A stretch of DNA of 64,000 bases from an uncultured Phycisphaerales bacterium (GTDB lineage: Bacteria; Planctomycetota; Phycisphaerae; Tepidisphaerales; Tepidisphaeraceae). The stretch is taken from positions 96,001-160,000 of the forward strand of contig CAVWLP010000002.1 of assembly GCA_963755915.1 (NCBI GenBank), read 5' to 3'. Under the pieces are notes generated by a model, which was given only the letters and a program-made list of their open reading frames with translations, ran no database searches and had not been told where the DNA came from. Below are positions 10,110 through 21,047 of the stretch, piece after piece (the first letter of the stretch is position 1; the number at the start of each line of letters is the position of its first letter). A program made the position numbers and the translations under genes.

Positions 10110-10877
10110 ATGGCCGTGGGATCATCGATTGAATGGACGGACGCGACGTGGAACCCGGTTGCCGGATGCACGCCAGTTTCTGCAGGATGCAAGAATTGTT
10201 ATGCCGCGCGGATGGCGTTGCGATTGACGCACATGCCCAACGGTACGGGAAAGAAATACCATGGGACAGCAAAGCGGACGCGCGGCGGGCTTCCGGTTTT
10301 CACGGGTAGGATCAATTTAGATCGCGAATCTCTTGAACTGCCCCTTTCGTGGCGTTTGCCGCGAACGATTTTCGTCAACTCGATGAGCGATTTGTTCCAT
10401 GAGGATGTACCGCTCTCTTACATCGAAGAGATTTTCGAGGTAATGGTCTCATGCTCCAGGCATACGTTTCAAATTCTCACAAAGCGACCCGAACGCGCGG
10501 CGAGCTTAGCGAAGAATTTGCCATGGCCGGGAAATGTTTGGATGGGTACGAGCGTGGAGGACGACCGAGTCCTAGGCAGGGTGGATGAGCTGCGCCGGGT
10601 TCCAGCGCGCGTTCGGTTTCTATCGTGTGAGCCCCTAATCGGACCGCTTAGCGGTCTATTTTTGGATGATATCCATTGGGTGATCGTCGGAGGTGAATCG
10701 GGTCCTGGCGCCCGACAGATGGAGGAAGAATGGGTGCTGGAGATCAAGCGGCTTTGCGCAAAAAACCAGGTGCCGTTCTTTTTCAAACAATGGGGCGGTG
10801 TTCAGAAGCACAAGAGCGGTCGCCTACTTGACGATCGGACCTGGGATGAAATGCCTACGCTGGCGGCCGCGAGATGA
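10110..10877 (+). CDS. DUF5131 / phage Gp37-Gp68 family three-Cys-motif protein (radical-SAM-like)
   Basis: SIEWTDATWNPVAGCTPVSAGCKNCYA, FVNSMSDLFH, FQILTKRPER, RFLSCEPL, WVIVGGESG, FFFKQWGG. RBS GGAGA upstream. Confidence 0.95.
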   Translation: MAVGSSIEWTDATWNPVAGCTPVSAGCKNCYAARMALRLTHMPNGTGKKYHGTAKRTRGGLPVFTGRINLDRESLELPLSWRLPRTIFVNSMSDLFHEDVPLSYIEEIFEVMVSCSRHTFQILTKRPERAASLAKNLPWPGNVWMGTSVEDDRVLGRVDELRRVPARVRFLSCEPLIGPLSGLFLDDIHWVIVGGESGPGARQMEEEWVLEIKRLCAKNQVPFFFKQWGGVQKHKSGRLLDDRTWDEMPTLAAAR

Positions 10878-10881
10878 GCAA

Positions 10882-12120
10882 ATGGGACGTGATTACCGCG
10901 ACAGTTTCTTTGATAGCAAAAGAGACTGGTCGAAATACAAGGATTCTGTTCTAGACTATTACCTCAAGCCCTATCTTGAAAAGGTTAAGATACTCGGAAA
11001 GCCAATTTGCGTCGTCGATATGTTTGCCGGCCGAGGGGAGTTTAAGTCGGGAGAACCTGGTTCGCCGCTCATTATCGCTAATTGGCTGAAAGGGCTCTCA
11101 GAACGAGGTTATGACGTCAAGCTGCGATGTTATGAAAACCATGCGGTCTTTTACGAGCATCTTAATGGCGTCCTTGAGAATTTTGCATTCGCGGAAGCTC
11201 TGCAAAAGGACTGTTTTGAGGACGTTGCCAGCATCGCCGATCTCGCGTTAACGCACACGACGCTCCTATATATCGATCCGTTCACCGCTACACAGCTTAG
11301 ATTTTCGAAATTAAGTTTGATCTTTGAAAGGGTGCGACAGAACTCAAGCGTCGAAGCGCTAATCATATTCATGGCGGGTGCGTTTATGAGGCACGCTGCG
11401 TCCGCTCACAATGGGGATATTGGTGCCGAGCGGCCCACAGCGTCGGCCGACCCTTTGCTCCGCGATGCCGAAGAAGACAGTGACGCCCTGTGGTCCGACT
11501 TAATTCCCGAAGACGAAGGGCCCACACAAAAACAGAAACTCAATCGAGAACTATTGGATGATATCGCTGGCGGTGGGTACTGGCAAGCTATCCTCGATGC
11601 TCCAGGTATTTTATGGGAGGAAAGATGCGCCAGGATGATCGATGGCTATCGCGAGAAATTGCGCCTTTGGTTTAAACTCGCCGAGGCATTGCCTGTCCAC
11701 GCCGACACCTCAGCGGCTTCAAAATATTGGATAGTCTTTGCGTCTCGCCATGAACCCGCCTTCGATCTTTTCAATGGCGCTGCTTGTAAAATTGTGCGTT
11801 CGCAGGCCAAGAACGTATTGACCAACGTCGGTTTGTTCGCGGGGACCGAAGGCACACCCGCGACACCGGCGCCGCAGACCGTCGATCGAGTTGTGAAGTC
11901 GGCCGGCAAAACTCATTTGCCGCGTAAATGGCAGGAATTCCGATGGCATATCTGCGGCAACAGGAATGTTGGCAGGTTTACCGAAGGCGAAGTGAATCAG
12001 AGTATCAGGCGATTGTTAAAATCGGGCTGGTTGAGCCGCGCCCCCGAGCGAGGAGTTGAGAAAGAATCGATCCTCTCGGCGACCATGCAGCTCATGTCCT
12101 GGCAAGAACGACCACAATAA
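10882..12120 (+). CDS. tcmP: Three-Cys-motif partner protein (methyltransferase-like)
   Basis: FFDSKRDWSKYKD, DMFAGRG (SAM-binding-like), GSPL and YIDPF. Starts 4 bp after the DUF5131 gene, the usual pairing. Confidence 0.82.
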   Translation: MGRDYRDSFFDSKRDWSKYKDSVLDYYLKPYLEKVKILGKPICVVDMFAGRGEFKSGEPGSPLIIANWLKGLSERGYDVKLRCYENHAVFYEHLNGVLENFAFAEALQKDCFEDVASIADLALTHTTLLYIDPFTATQLRFSKLSLIFERVRQNSSVEALIIFMAGAFMRHAASAHNGDIGAERPTASADPLLRDAEEDSDALWSDLIPEDEGPTQKQKLNRELLDDIAGGGYWQAILDAPGILWEERCARMIDGYREKLRLWFKLAEALPVHADTSAASKYWIVFASRHEPAFDLFNGAACKIVRSQAKNVLTNVGLFAGTEGTPATPAPQTVDRVVKSAGKTHLPRKWQEFRWHICGNRNVGRFTEGEVNQSIRRLLKSGWLSRAPERGVEKESILSATMQLMSWQERPQ

Positions 12121-12237
12121 TTAAGACCGCAATGACCTGAGAAGCTTATCGGCGCTCTGCGGCCGCAATTCACGATGACACGCCATAATGCCAGCGGCGA
12201 TGACACCTAAGGCGCCCAACCCGCGAGGGCCATAACA

Positions 12238-12519
12238 ATGACCGATCCCATTTTAGATTACCGAAAGCCGGAAGTTCCAGAGAAGAGGCGTACGGACTTT
12301 GGGGTCATGTCCATCGTTTCGATTGCGCTGGTATATCCGGCAGCAATGGTGGGCCCGCAACTGTCGGCCGTGATATTTTTTCTTGCCCTTGTTTTCGCCA
12401 TTTTTGGCGTCATCGAAAGCCGGCGGCAATCGGTGCTTAGCTGGGTTGGATTTGGGATATGCAGCTTAACGATCATCGCAATCGCCGTGATCGGATTTTT
12501 AGTCCGCAATGACCCGTGA
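12238..12519 (+). CDS. Small hypothetical membrane protein
   Basis: 93 aa with three hydrophobic segments; N-terminal ILDY motif. Confidence 0.6.
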   Translation: MTDPILDYRKPEVPEKRRTDFGVMSIVSIALVYPAAMVGPQLSAVIFFLALVFAIFGVIESRRQSVLSWVGFGICSLTIIAIAVIGFLVRNDP

Positions 12520-12577
12520 TGGCACGAATTAGGTAGCTTGGGGTCCCTCGCGAGCGGTTAACGCGCGGTGCGAGGGC

Positions 12578-13389
12578 TTACCCGTCAATTATCTTCCGGC
12601 ATCTCGGATAGTTGGGGCAGCCCCAGAACGATTTGCCGGCGTGGACACCCTGATGGGCGGTTCGGCGCTGCATGGGTATCTGACAGCTAGGGCAAAGGGG
12701 AGTTTTTATTTGTAACGGGGCATTCGTAAAGGTTTCCGCGGCCGGTGTAATCGGATTGGTGGTGTTGAGGATGGTTAGGAGCTCCTCGCCGTCGATCAGG
12801 CGCAAGGGCTTGTCCGCCGCGAACGAGCGGGCGTCGTCAGTGTAACGACCGCAGGTTACGAAGATTCCCTGGCAGCGGGTTTGGTGGGCGGCCATGGCGC
12901 CATAGAACTCGCGGACTTCCCGAACGCTGACTGTCGAAGATCGATAGCGTTTGCATTGCACCAGATGCGCAATGGTGGAATCGTTGTGCCGTCGTAGGGT
13001 CAGGTCCACTCCGCCATCGCCGGTGCCGCCGACCTCCTCCACACGGTATCCGCGACGGCGATACATATCGGCGATTGTTTTCTCAAAATCTGAGGGTGTA
13101 AGCCGGTGGAGATCGTCAAATGACCATCTCGAGCGGCGCCATCCCCGCCCGCGCCCGGATTTGATCCTTGCCGAACAAATCCAATCAGAGAAGCCACGCT
13201 CACGATTCCGGCAAGTAACCACAAGATCAGAGCGATGAACCTTCCAAGGTGCATCATCGCGTTGGGATCGATCCACTGAAAATAGGCAGCGGCAACGGCA
13301 AAAATCGTCGCCAGCGCGGCGCCTACTGCGGGGGCCGCAAGGGCCATTTCATAAAGATCGTCGATAATATTTCGTTCGCTCTGTGCCAC
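12578..13389 (-). CDS. Membrane-anchored Mrr-type endonuclease with C-terminal topoisomerase C4 zinc finger; frameshift near 13165
   Basis: Two N-terminal TM helices (GTG start 13389), then FEKTIADMYRRRGY, DGGVDL, LVQCKRY, VREFYG, LIDG and CPSC...FWGCPNYPRC. Confidence 0.85.
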
Positions 13390-13514
13390 GCTCGATTCTC
13401 GGAAGTGGGGCTTGAAATAGTGTACTATTGCAGCCGATTTAGAACTACATGGCCAGGGATTTCCGCGGGCGGTTACCAGGGCAATCGCGTAGTCTCGAAA
13501 GCCAAGTGGGGAGA

Positions 13515-13553
13515 CCCCCACCCCAGCCCTCCCCCGGAGTACCAGGGGAGGGG
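13515..13553 (-). repeat. REP-like family A, copy 2
   Basis: CCCCCACCCCAGCCCTCCCCCGGAGTACCAGGGGAGGGG, reverse orientation relative to copy 1. Confidence 0.75.
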
Positions 13554-13775
13554 AGTGAGGTTGGACCCCGCCCCAACCCACTGAACACTTTTTCAGGCAC
13601 ATTTATCAACGAACCAACTAGCTGCCGCATAACTATGTTTCCCGCATACACTTGCACCAAACCTATAAGCTAGCGTTCACTAATCAAAATCTCAAAACTG
13701 TCCAGTTTTGTTCAGTTCTGTTCAGTCCCCCCAATATCGTCAAAACCCTTCCCTCCGCGTATTCTGTGTCCTCAA

Positions 13776-15623
13776 ATGCCCGACAACGAACTTGAGATCG
13801 CCTTCCAAAAACACTCCGCCGGCAATCTCTCTGAGGCCGAGGCGGGCTACCGGCGGTATCTCAAGGACAATCCCAACTCTGCCCCGGCGCTGCATTTCCT
13901 CGGCGTCCTCGTCGGCCAGCAGGGCAACAGCCGCGGCGCGATTGAATTGATCGGCAAGGCGATTTCGATCAACTCGCGAATCCCCGATTTCCATTCGAAC
14001 CTGGCGATGGCTTACAACGAATCAGGGGAACACGACAAGGCGATCGTCTGTTGCGAGAGGTCCCTGGCCCTCAAGCCCGAGAATCCCGAGGCGCTAAATC
14101 ATCTGGGCAATGCGCTGAAGCAACTGGGGAAGGTGGAGGATTCGATCGAGTGTTATCAACGGGCGATTGGCCTGAAGCCGGATTTCCTGCTGGCGATGAG
14201 CAACCTCGCCGACAGCTTTCGGCGGCTGGGGCGCGGGGGCGAGGCCGAGAAGATGGACGAGCGGGTGCTGGCGCTGAAACCCAACGACGCCACGGCCCTG
14301 CGCCCGCGGGCCGAGTCTCTATTACGACAGAATAAATCGAATGACGCCCTGGCAATCTTTCGCAGGATCATCAGCGCCTCGCCGGGCGACTGGTTTGGAT
14401 ATAACGGGGCGGGGGTGGCGCTGGCGCAGCAGCAGAAGCTGGATGACGCCATTGAGATGTATCAGAAGGCGATCGAGCTTTCGCCCGAGAATCCGGGGCC
14501 CTGGAATAACCTGGGGCATGCGCGGATCACCCAGGGAAAAATCGACGAGGGGATGTCGGCCTATTTGAAAGCGCTGGCGCTGCGGCCGGATTTCGCCGAT
14601 ACGCACAACAACCTGGCGAACGCATATCTTTCCCGCCTCGATCTGGAAAAGGCGATGGCCGAGTATGAGGCGGCGATGTTTTTCCGGCCCGACCATGCCG
14701 ATGCGCACTGGAATCGGTCGCTGCTGCTGCTGCTCCAGGGAGATTATCCGCGGGGATGGCTGGAATATGAGTGGCGATGGCTGAAGTTTCCCCAGTTCCG
14801 CCGGCAGTTTCCGCAACCGATCTGGGACGGCGGAGATATTTCCGGCAAGACCATTCTCGTGCACGCCGAGCAGGGGTTTGGGGATACGTTTCAGTTCATC
14901 CGGCTTGCCCCGATGGTGGCGGAGCGGGGCGCGACGGTGAATCTGGAATGTCAGAGGGAATTGTCGGCGCTGCTTCAGCATGTGCCGGGGATTGCGCGGA
15001 CCGTGAGCCGGGGCGATCCGCTGCCGCCATTTGACGTGCATTGTCCGCTGCTGAGCGTTCCGCATGCGCTGCGGCTGTCGCCGGAGCAGGTCTCGGCGAA
15101 GGTGCCGTACCTCTCGGTGGATGACAATCTGCGGAAGAGGTGGGAGAGGCGATTGGAGCCGCAGGCGAAGAAATTCAAAGTGGGAATCGTCTGGGCGGGA
15201 GCGACGATTCATCCGAAGGACGCGGAACGCTCGATGGAGCTGAAGCGGTTTGCCCCCCTGGCGGCGATCGAAAACGTGGCGATTTTCAGTTTGCAGAAAG
15301 CGAGCGGACGGGCGGCGGAGAATGTGGATTTCGAGGTGATCGATCATACGCATGAGCTGCACGATTTCGCGGATACGGCAGCGCTGATTTTGAACCTGGA
15401 CCTGGTGATCGGCGTGGACACATCGGTGGTGCACCTGGCGGGAGCGCTGGGAAGGCCGGTGTGGACGCTGCTGCCCTTTTCGCCGGACTGGCGGTGGCTG
15501 CTGGGCAGGGAAGATTCGCCGTGGTATCCCACGATGAGATTGTTCAGGCAGTCGCGGGTGGGGGATTGGGAGGGAGTGATGCGAGCGGCCGGAGAGGCGC
15601 TGCGCGAGAGAGTGGAGCAGTAG
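13776..15623 (+). CDS. TPR-repeat protein with C-terminal glycosyltransferase (GT9-like) domain
   Basis: Many TPRs, then GWLEYEWRW, EQGFGDTFQFIR, GIVWAG, DLVIGVDTSVVHLAGALG, DWRW, SPWYPTMRLFRQ. Confidence 0.92.
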   Translation: MPDNELEIAFQKHSAGNLSEAEAGYRRYLKDNPNSAPALHFLGVLVGQQGNSRGAIELIGKAISINSRIPDFHSNLAMAYNESGEHDKAIVCCERSLALKPENPEALNHLGNALKQLGKVEDSIECYQRAIGLKPDFLLAMSNLADSFRRLGRGGEAEKMDERVLALKPNDATALRPRAESLLRQNKSNDALAIFRRIISASPGDWFGYNGAGVALAQQQKLDDAIEMYQKAIELSPENPGPWNNLGHARITQGKIDEGMSAYLKALALRPDFADTHNNLANAYLSRLDLEKAMAEYEAAMFFRPDHADAHWNRSLLLLLQGDYPRGWLEYEWRWLKFPQFRRQFPQPIWDGGDISGKTILVHAEQGFGDTFQFIRLAPMVAERGATVNLECQRELSALLQHVPGIARTVSRGDPLPPFDVHCPLLSVPHALRLSPEQVSAKVPYLSVDDNLRKRWERRLEPQAKKFKVGIVWAGATIHPKDAERSMELKRFAPLAAIENVAIFSLQKASGRAAENVDFEVIDHTHELHDFADTAALILNLDLVIGVDTSVVHLAGALGRPVWTLLPFSPDWRWLLGREDSPWYPTMRLFRQSRVGDWEGVMRAAGEALRERVEQ

Positions 15624-15646
15624 ACGGGTGAGCAGGAGAGCGGGAT

Positions 15647-15674
15647 GCGAAATTCGAAATTCGAAATTCGAATG
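15647..15674 (+). repeat. Heptamer tandem repeat (CGAAATT)n
   Basis: gCGAAATTCGAAATTCGAAATTCGAATg in an intergenic position. Confidence 0.8.
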
Positions 15675-15728
15675 TGCGAAACGAATGCGCTTGGGCAGCG
15701 AGGGAGGTCCGGCATTTTGGCAGATTGG

Positions 15729-15798
15729 CCCCCTCCCCTGCCCTCCCCTCTTCGAACCCGAGCCTCAGAGCTGAAGGCCGGATTACCGGGGGCGGGGG
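15729..15798 (-). repeat. REP-like family A, copy 3, interrupted by a 29-bp mini-element (15749-15777)
   Basis: CCCCTCCCCTGCCCTCCCC-[TCTTCGAACCCGAGCCTCAGAGCTGAAGG]-CCGGATTACCGGGGGCGGGGG. Confidence 0.65.
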
Positions 15799-15863
15799 CG
15801 GGATGAAATATCTGGGGCGCTCATGCGGGGCCGGGAAATCGCCGATATTGGGGTTATCGGACC

Positions 15864-18502
15864 ATGGTTGCCCGAAGGTTCTCCATTTTTCTCGCTCTTT
15901 TTCCGCTGCTGATGGCCGCGGCGCCGGCGGATGTCAGCCGGGTGCTCAAGTCGATTGATTTCGAGGAACGCCGCATGGGGAACATGGAAGACCTGCCCAT
16001 GCACTGGAGCAAAGTGACCGGGCCGGGGCTTCCTTATTATGTCAACGGCCACCTCTCCAATGACATGGCCCACAGCGGCCAGTGGAGCTTTCGGTTTGAT
16101 CTCAATGGCGGGTCGCTGATCTATCGGTATGACCCCAAGGAAGTGCCGATCCGGCTGGGGGCGCATTACCAGGTCGATTGTTATGCGCTGACGAGCGTGC
16201 TGCCGCATGCCCGGGCGCGGGTGACGGCCTATTTCACCGACCTGGACGGGCACCCGATTCCCAATACCACCGTGCATTCGGAGCTTTATGCGGCGAAAAG
16301 CGAAGGGGAGCCGTGGCATGAGCTTTCGATCGAGCTTTCGGCGCAGAAGCCGGCGGCGGCTTACCTAGCCGTACAACTGGAACTGCTTCAGCCGAGCCTC
16401 TACGCCCCCAGCACGCTGGGAGACCGGACGCTGTTTGACCAGGACATTTACGGCTCGGCGTGGTTTGACGATCTGACGATTTCGCAGGTGCCGGAAGTGA
16501 TCCTCAGCTCGGGTCATCCCGGGAATGTCTTTCGCCGCAGCGATCCACTTCAGCTTTCGGTGCTGGTGAACGACCGGTTTACCGACGACCTGGCGGCCCA
16601 GTTGCTCATCAGCGATGCGGGAAATGCCGTGATCTATCAGCACAGTGGGGCGATTGACGTTGCCACCGCACAGGACCTGGGGCCGGGGTTGAAGCAGATG
16701 CTCGTTTCGCTGCCCGATCTTCCGCCGGGGTGGTATCAGGCGAAGCTGGTCATGACCAGCCGGGGGCAGTACGTCGGGGCGCAGAGCATTGATTTCGTGC
16801 GGCTGGCGGATGACGTGACCAGCTTCGCGCCGATCCGCGGTTTGGGGTGATCGCCACGGATTTGCCGTTCGATGGATGGTCGCAGCTTCCCGATCTTCTG
16901 CCGCTGCTGGGGACCGGGCGCGTGAAGCTGGCGGTCTGGAGCAAGCAGGGCGACGTGGAGCAGGTGGATCCGGGGGGGTTTGACACGCTCCTGGAGCAGC
17001 TTCAGAAAAATGGAATTACCCTGACGGCGTGCCTGGCGGCGCTGCCGCCGCAGATCGCGCAAAACATCGGCAGCAGCGACTGGACGGCGCTGGCCCAGGC
17101 GCCGCCGGAGACGTGGCAGCAGCCGCTCGCGTATATGGTGGCGCGTCATGCCAACCATCTGGACCGGTGGCAGTTCGGCGACGACAAAGACGCAGCGGAT
17201 TTCGTGCAGCGGGCCGGAATGGGGCAGGTCTATAACCTGATTTATGCGGCGTTCGCGCGGGTGGTGGTGAAGCCGGACCTGGCGATGCCCTGGCCGGCGT
17301 GGTACGACCTGAGCGGGAATCTGCCGGCCACGGTGGCGCTGTCAATTCCGCCGGATGTTTTGCCCTCGCAGATTCCGCTCTACACCCAGGACATTCGCGG
17401 GCACGAGGGGCACAATCTTTCCCTGAGCTTGCAGCTTCTGGACGACCGCTACGGGCGCGAGGTGCAGATTCGCGACCTGGCGCAGCGGGTGGTTTACGCG
17501 CTGGCGGGGGGAGCGAGCCGGATCGATTTGCCGCTGCCTTTCACGGTGCATAGGCAGAACGATCATGTGACGCCGGAGCCAAAGGAATTGCTGCTGATCA
17601 TGCGGACATTGCTGGCGCAGCTATCGGGGGCGACGTATCGGGGGAAGATTCCCAACGCAAGCAACGTGGATGCGTTTTTGTTTGACCGCAACGGGCAGGG
17701 GCTGATGGTGATCTGGAGCCGAGGGCAGGAAAACAAAGCCCGCCCGCTGGCGCTGAATCTGGGCCAGCATCCGGAGCGGATTGATCTATGGGGAAACGTG
17801 ACGCCGCTGGCGGTTTCGCAAAGCTCGCAGTCGCAGGCGGTGACGCTGGACGTGGGACCGATGCCATTTTTCCTGGTGGACATCGACAGCACGACGGCGC
17901 AGATGCGGGCCAGCGTGACGCTGGACAAGCCGCTGCTGGAATCGAGCTTTCAGCCGCACACGCGGCACATCCGGTTTTCGAATCCGAGCCAGATGACAAT
18001 CAGCGGCATGGTGAAGCTGGCTCCGCCGCCGGGATGGACGCTGACGCCTTCGGTCTTCAACTTCACGCTCAATCCCGGTGAAGTATTCGATCATGAGATC
18101 ACCATAGAATTCCCGTACAACAGTTACGCCGGGCCGAAGACGATCAACGCGAATTTCGACGTTCAGACGGATCGGGAGACGACTTTTACGGTGCCGGTGA
18201 TCGTGAACCTGGGGCTCAGCGACGTCGGAATGCGGACGATTGCCCTTCGGGAGAATTCCGATTTGATCGTCCAGCAGATGATCAGCAATTACGGGGACAA
18301 GCCGATCAACTACAACGCGTTTGTCGTCTACCCGGGTCAAGCCCGGCAGGAACGGCTGGTAATGCAACTGGCGCCGGGGCGTACTATCATCAAGCTTTAT
18401 CGCTTCAACAACGTGCAGTTCATTCCCAATGCCAAGGTCCGCAGCGGGCTTCGGGAACTTGAGGGGACAAGGATTCTTAATGATGAAGTGACTGTGCAGT
18501 AA
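15864..18502 (+). CDS. Large secreted hypothetical protein (about 880 aa); frameshift near 16835
   Basis: Signal peptide and N-terminal carbohydrate-binding-like region (AHSGQWSFRF, AWFDDL). Central region resembles a degenerate glycosidase barrel; Ig-like C-terminus. ORFs 15864-16850 and 16847-18502 abut. Confidence 0.7.
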
Positions 18503-18513
18503 GATAGCGGGGT

Positions 18514-20543
18514 ATGGACCAGCCCTCATCGGCCCCGGCGGCGGTTGAATCGGCCCCGGTTGGGAATTCGAGCCATCAAACGGGACAGTGGCGCACCTAT
18601 GCGGTGCGCGGGGTGGTCTGGCTGCTGATCGCGATCGTCCTGGCGAGTTCATTTCGCGAGGGTCTGCAAATCCGAAGGTGGATGTACGTCACCTTCGATC
18701 CGATCCGGTTTCGTCCTGATATCTATCGCGGGTGCTTCTGGGCGCTGACTTCCAGCGGCAGCGAGGGATACCTCAATCAATACGACAAGATGGAGCCGCA
18801 GATTCCGGATCGGCTGGATGCGCGGTGGGTGCCGTGGCTGGATTACGCCCCGCTGCGATTGTTCGTCTTGCACGAATGGGGCGCGTGGCTGCGAAAGCAT
18901 CATCCGCCGGACCCGAATGTTCCGCTGATCCAGGCCTGGCAGCCGGAGTATGACTACACGGCGCCGATGCTGCGATTTAACACGTCGATGGAGATTTTCG
19001 GCGCGGTGTCGCGTTTTTCCTCACCTGGCACTGGACGTTGCGTTCGCGCGGCGGCAAGCCGCGATATGAATTCGAGGGCGTCTGGCAGGGAGTCGTCGCG
19101 GCGCTGCTGCTGTGGTTCAGCCCCGACATTCTCATCAGCGCGCACGCCTGGCTCACCTGGGATTCGTGGCTGATCCCCTGGTTTTTATGCACGGCATTGC
19201 TGGCGAGCCTCGACTGGTGGTTCGCGGCGGGGCTGGCGATGGGCGTGGGGGCGATGTTCAAGGGGCAGGAGCTTTTCGTCGCGGTGATATTTATCGTCTG
19301 GCCGCTGATGCTCGGCCGGCCGGGGGCGGCGCTCCGGTGGATTTGCGGGCTGGGGCTGATGATTTCACTGATCGCATCAGGTTGGCTGCTCACCTATATC
19401 CCGCCCGCGCAACTGGCAACGGCTCGGGGCGTGCAGGATACCCTGGCCGTCGCGGACTATCCGCCGGGTCTGTTCGCCATTCGGCGCACGTTCGATTACG
19501 GCGCGGCGACGTGGATTTTCGAATTGCTTCTATTCGCGACCGCGGTCCCGTGGCTGTTGCGCACTTATGCCCCCGTGGAAACGCTGCCTCAGCCGACGCG
19601 GCTGAAAACAATTTTAAATTCGCGGTGGACGTGGATCGCGGGCGCGGCGGCGCTCATCTTCCTTGCCGCTTACTGGCCATTTTCCCTGCGATCCAATCGG
19701 CAATATTGGTACTGGGGCCTGCTGTGCGCCGCGGCGATCGCAGCCGCGGCTTTGCTCCTGCGCGGGCGGAATCTGCTTTATCTTCTAAGCGCAGTCACGG
19801 CGGCAGGATTGCTCTCCTGCATGGTCCTCTTTCACGGCGGCGACGGCTGGGCGAAATGCGCCTTCGGCTACGGACTGAACCACTGGCCCTACATGACCCA
19901 GGGACTCTCCAGCAATGTTCCCGCGATTTTCGAGCACCGCTTCGGCTGGGACCACGAGGCCGATCAGATCGCCTTCACCCTCCCGGCAATCCAGCGGCAC
20001 TGGCCGCCGGTTTTCGCGAACCGCGGCTGGTGGCCCGCCGCCGGCTTCGACGTCACCGCGAAGACGATGTTCGACAGCATCTTTATTTTCTTCCTGCTGC
20101 TGAGCGCCATCGCCATCGGCCTCCAGGCCCGCCGGGGCGATCGGCACATGCTGGTGGCGCTGGTAACGCCGTGGATCATGTTTTTCCTTTGGCCCGTGCA
20201 GATTCACGAGCGATACCTGATTTTCGCATCTGGCATCGCCGTCTGCTGCATCGGCAACAGCGTGGGAACGTGCCTGCTGGGAATTTTTCTGTCGCTTTGC
20301 AGCGCGGTGATGCACCTGAACGTGCTGTTTACCAACGCGGACAGCTCCGCCGCGGACGCGTTCGGGCAGAACCTGGCGAATTCGTTTCCGAAAATCTTTA
20401 CGCCGGACAGCGGCCAGACGATCGCCCAATATGTGGCCGCGACGTTTCCGGATATGGGCTGGGGAATTTTGACGGTGGGGATGATTTTTCTTTATCTATC
20501 GTTCGCCAAGAGTTCGGCGAATAAGTCGGGGATCGCGCATTAG
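18514..20543 (+). CDS. Polytopic membrane protein, GT-C glycosyltransferase-like; frameshift near 19015
   Basis: DYAPL in the first loop, HAWLTWDSW, MFKGQ and IHERYL motifs with many TM helices across two abutting ORFs. Confidence 0.65.
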
Positions 20544-20801
20544 ATTCATGACCGCTAAAACTCGAATGTGCGATTCTTCAGTTACAAAGAAGATCGCGTA
20601 AGGGAAATGCGCAATGCGCGCCCGGCGAATGTCGTGCCGATAAATTGGGAAACTCTCGGGCGAATCGCTGATTGAAACAATCGTCTCATCCAGCTCACCA
20701 AGGAATCGCGTCCCCAGCCCTTCAGCGCACTCCGCGTACCAAAGGCTGGCTTCCATCGCGTCGGCTTCTGCCTCAGCCTCTACGATGATTCGCCGCTGCA
20801 T
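20496..20801 (-). CDS. Type II toxin, RelE/ParE family
   Basis: MQRRIIVEAEAEADAMEASLWY...GLGTRF...RRARIAHFPYAIFF...IRVLAVM. Confidence 0.88.
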   Translation of the reverse strand: MQRRIIVEAEAEADAMEASLWYAECAEGLGTRFLGELDETIVSISDSPESFPIYRHDIRRARIAHFPYAIFFVTEESHIRVLAVMNLMRDPRLIRRTLGER

Positions 20802-21021
20802 CCAGGCTCCTCTGAATCCGCTCGCGAACGACTTCCCATGGGTCCCCTCCCACGGGATTCGCCTTGTAGGCCCGGTATCTTCGATCCAGTTCCGTATCAA
20901 GCTCGGGCGACAACTGGTTTGAAGATTCGGTTTCGACAGATTCGATGAGCTGATCGATCAAATCCAGTCGCTCACCAACGGGAAGGTCTTTGGCAGCCTT
21001 CAAAAGCTCTGCGGATGACAT
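20773..21021 (-). CDS. Addiction module antitoxin component
   Basis: LPVGERLDLIDQLIES...ELDRRYRAY..NP...PWEVVRERI; overlaps the toxin start. Confidence 0.88.
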   Translation of the reverse strand: MSSAELLKAAKDLPVGERLDLIDQLIESVETESSNQLSPELDTELDRRYRAYKANPVGGDPWEVVRERIQRSLDAAANHRRG

Positions 21022-21027
21022 AACTTG

Positions 21028-21036
21028 ATTATACCA
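21028..21036 (-). promoter_or_regulatory. Extended -10 promoter (TGGTATAAT) of the TA operon, leaderless geometry
   Basis: TGnTATAAT lies 6 nt upstream of the antitoxin ATG; no RBS. Confidence 0.65.
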
Positions 21037-21047
21037 CAAGACTGAAC

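Noticed and set aside
10110-10877. Prophage, because of the phage Gp37/Gp68 family name
   Set aside because: No structural, terminase or integrase genes lie nearby.
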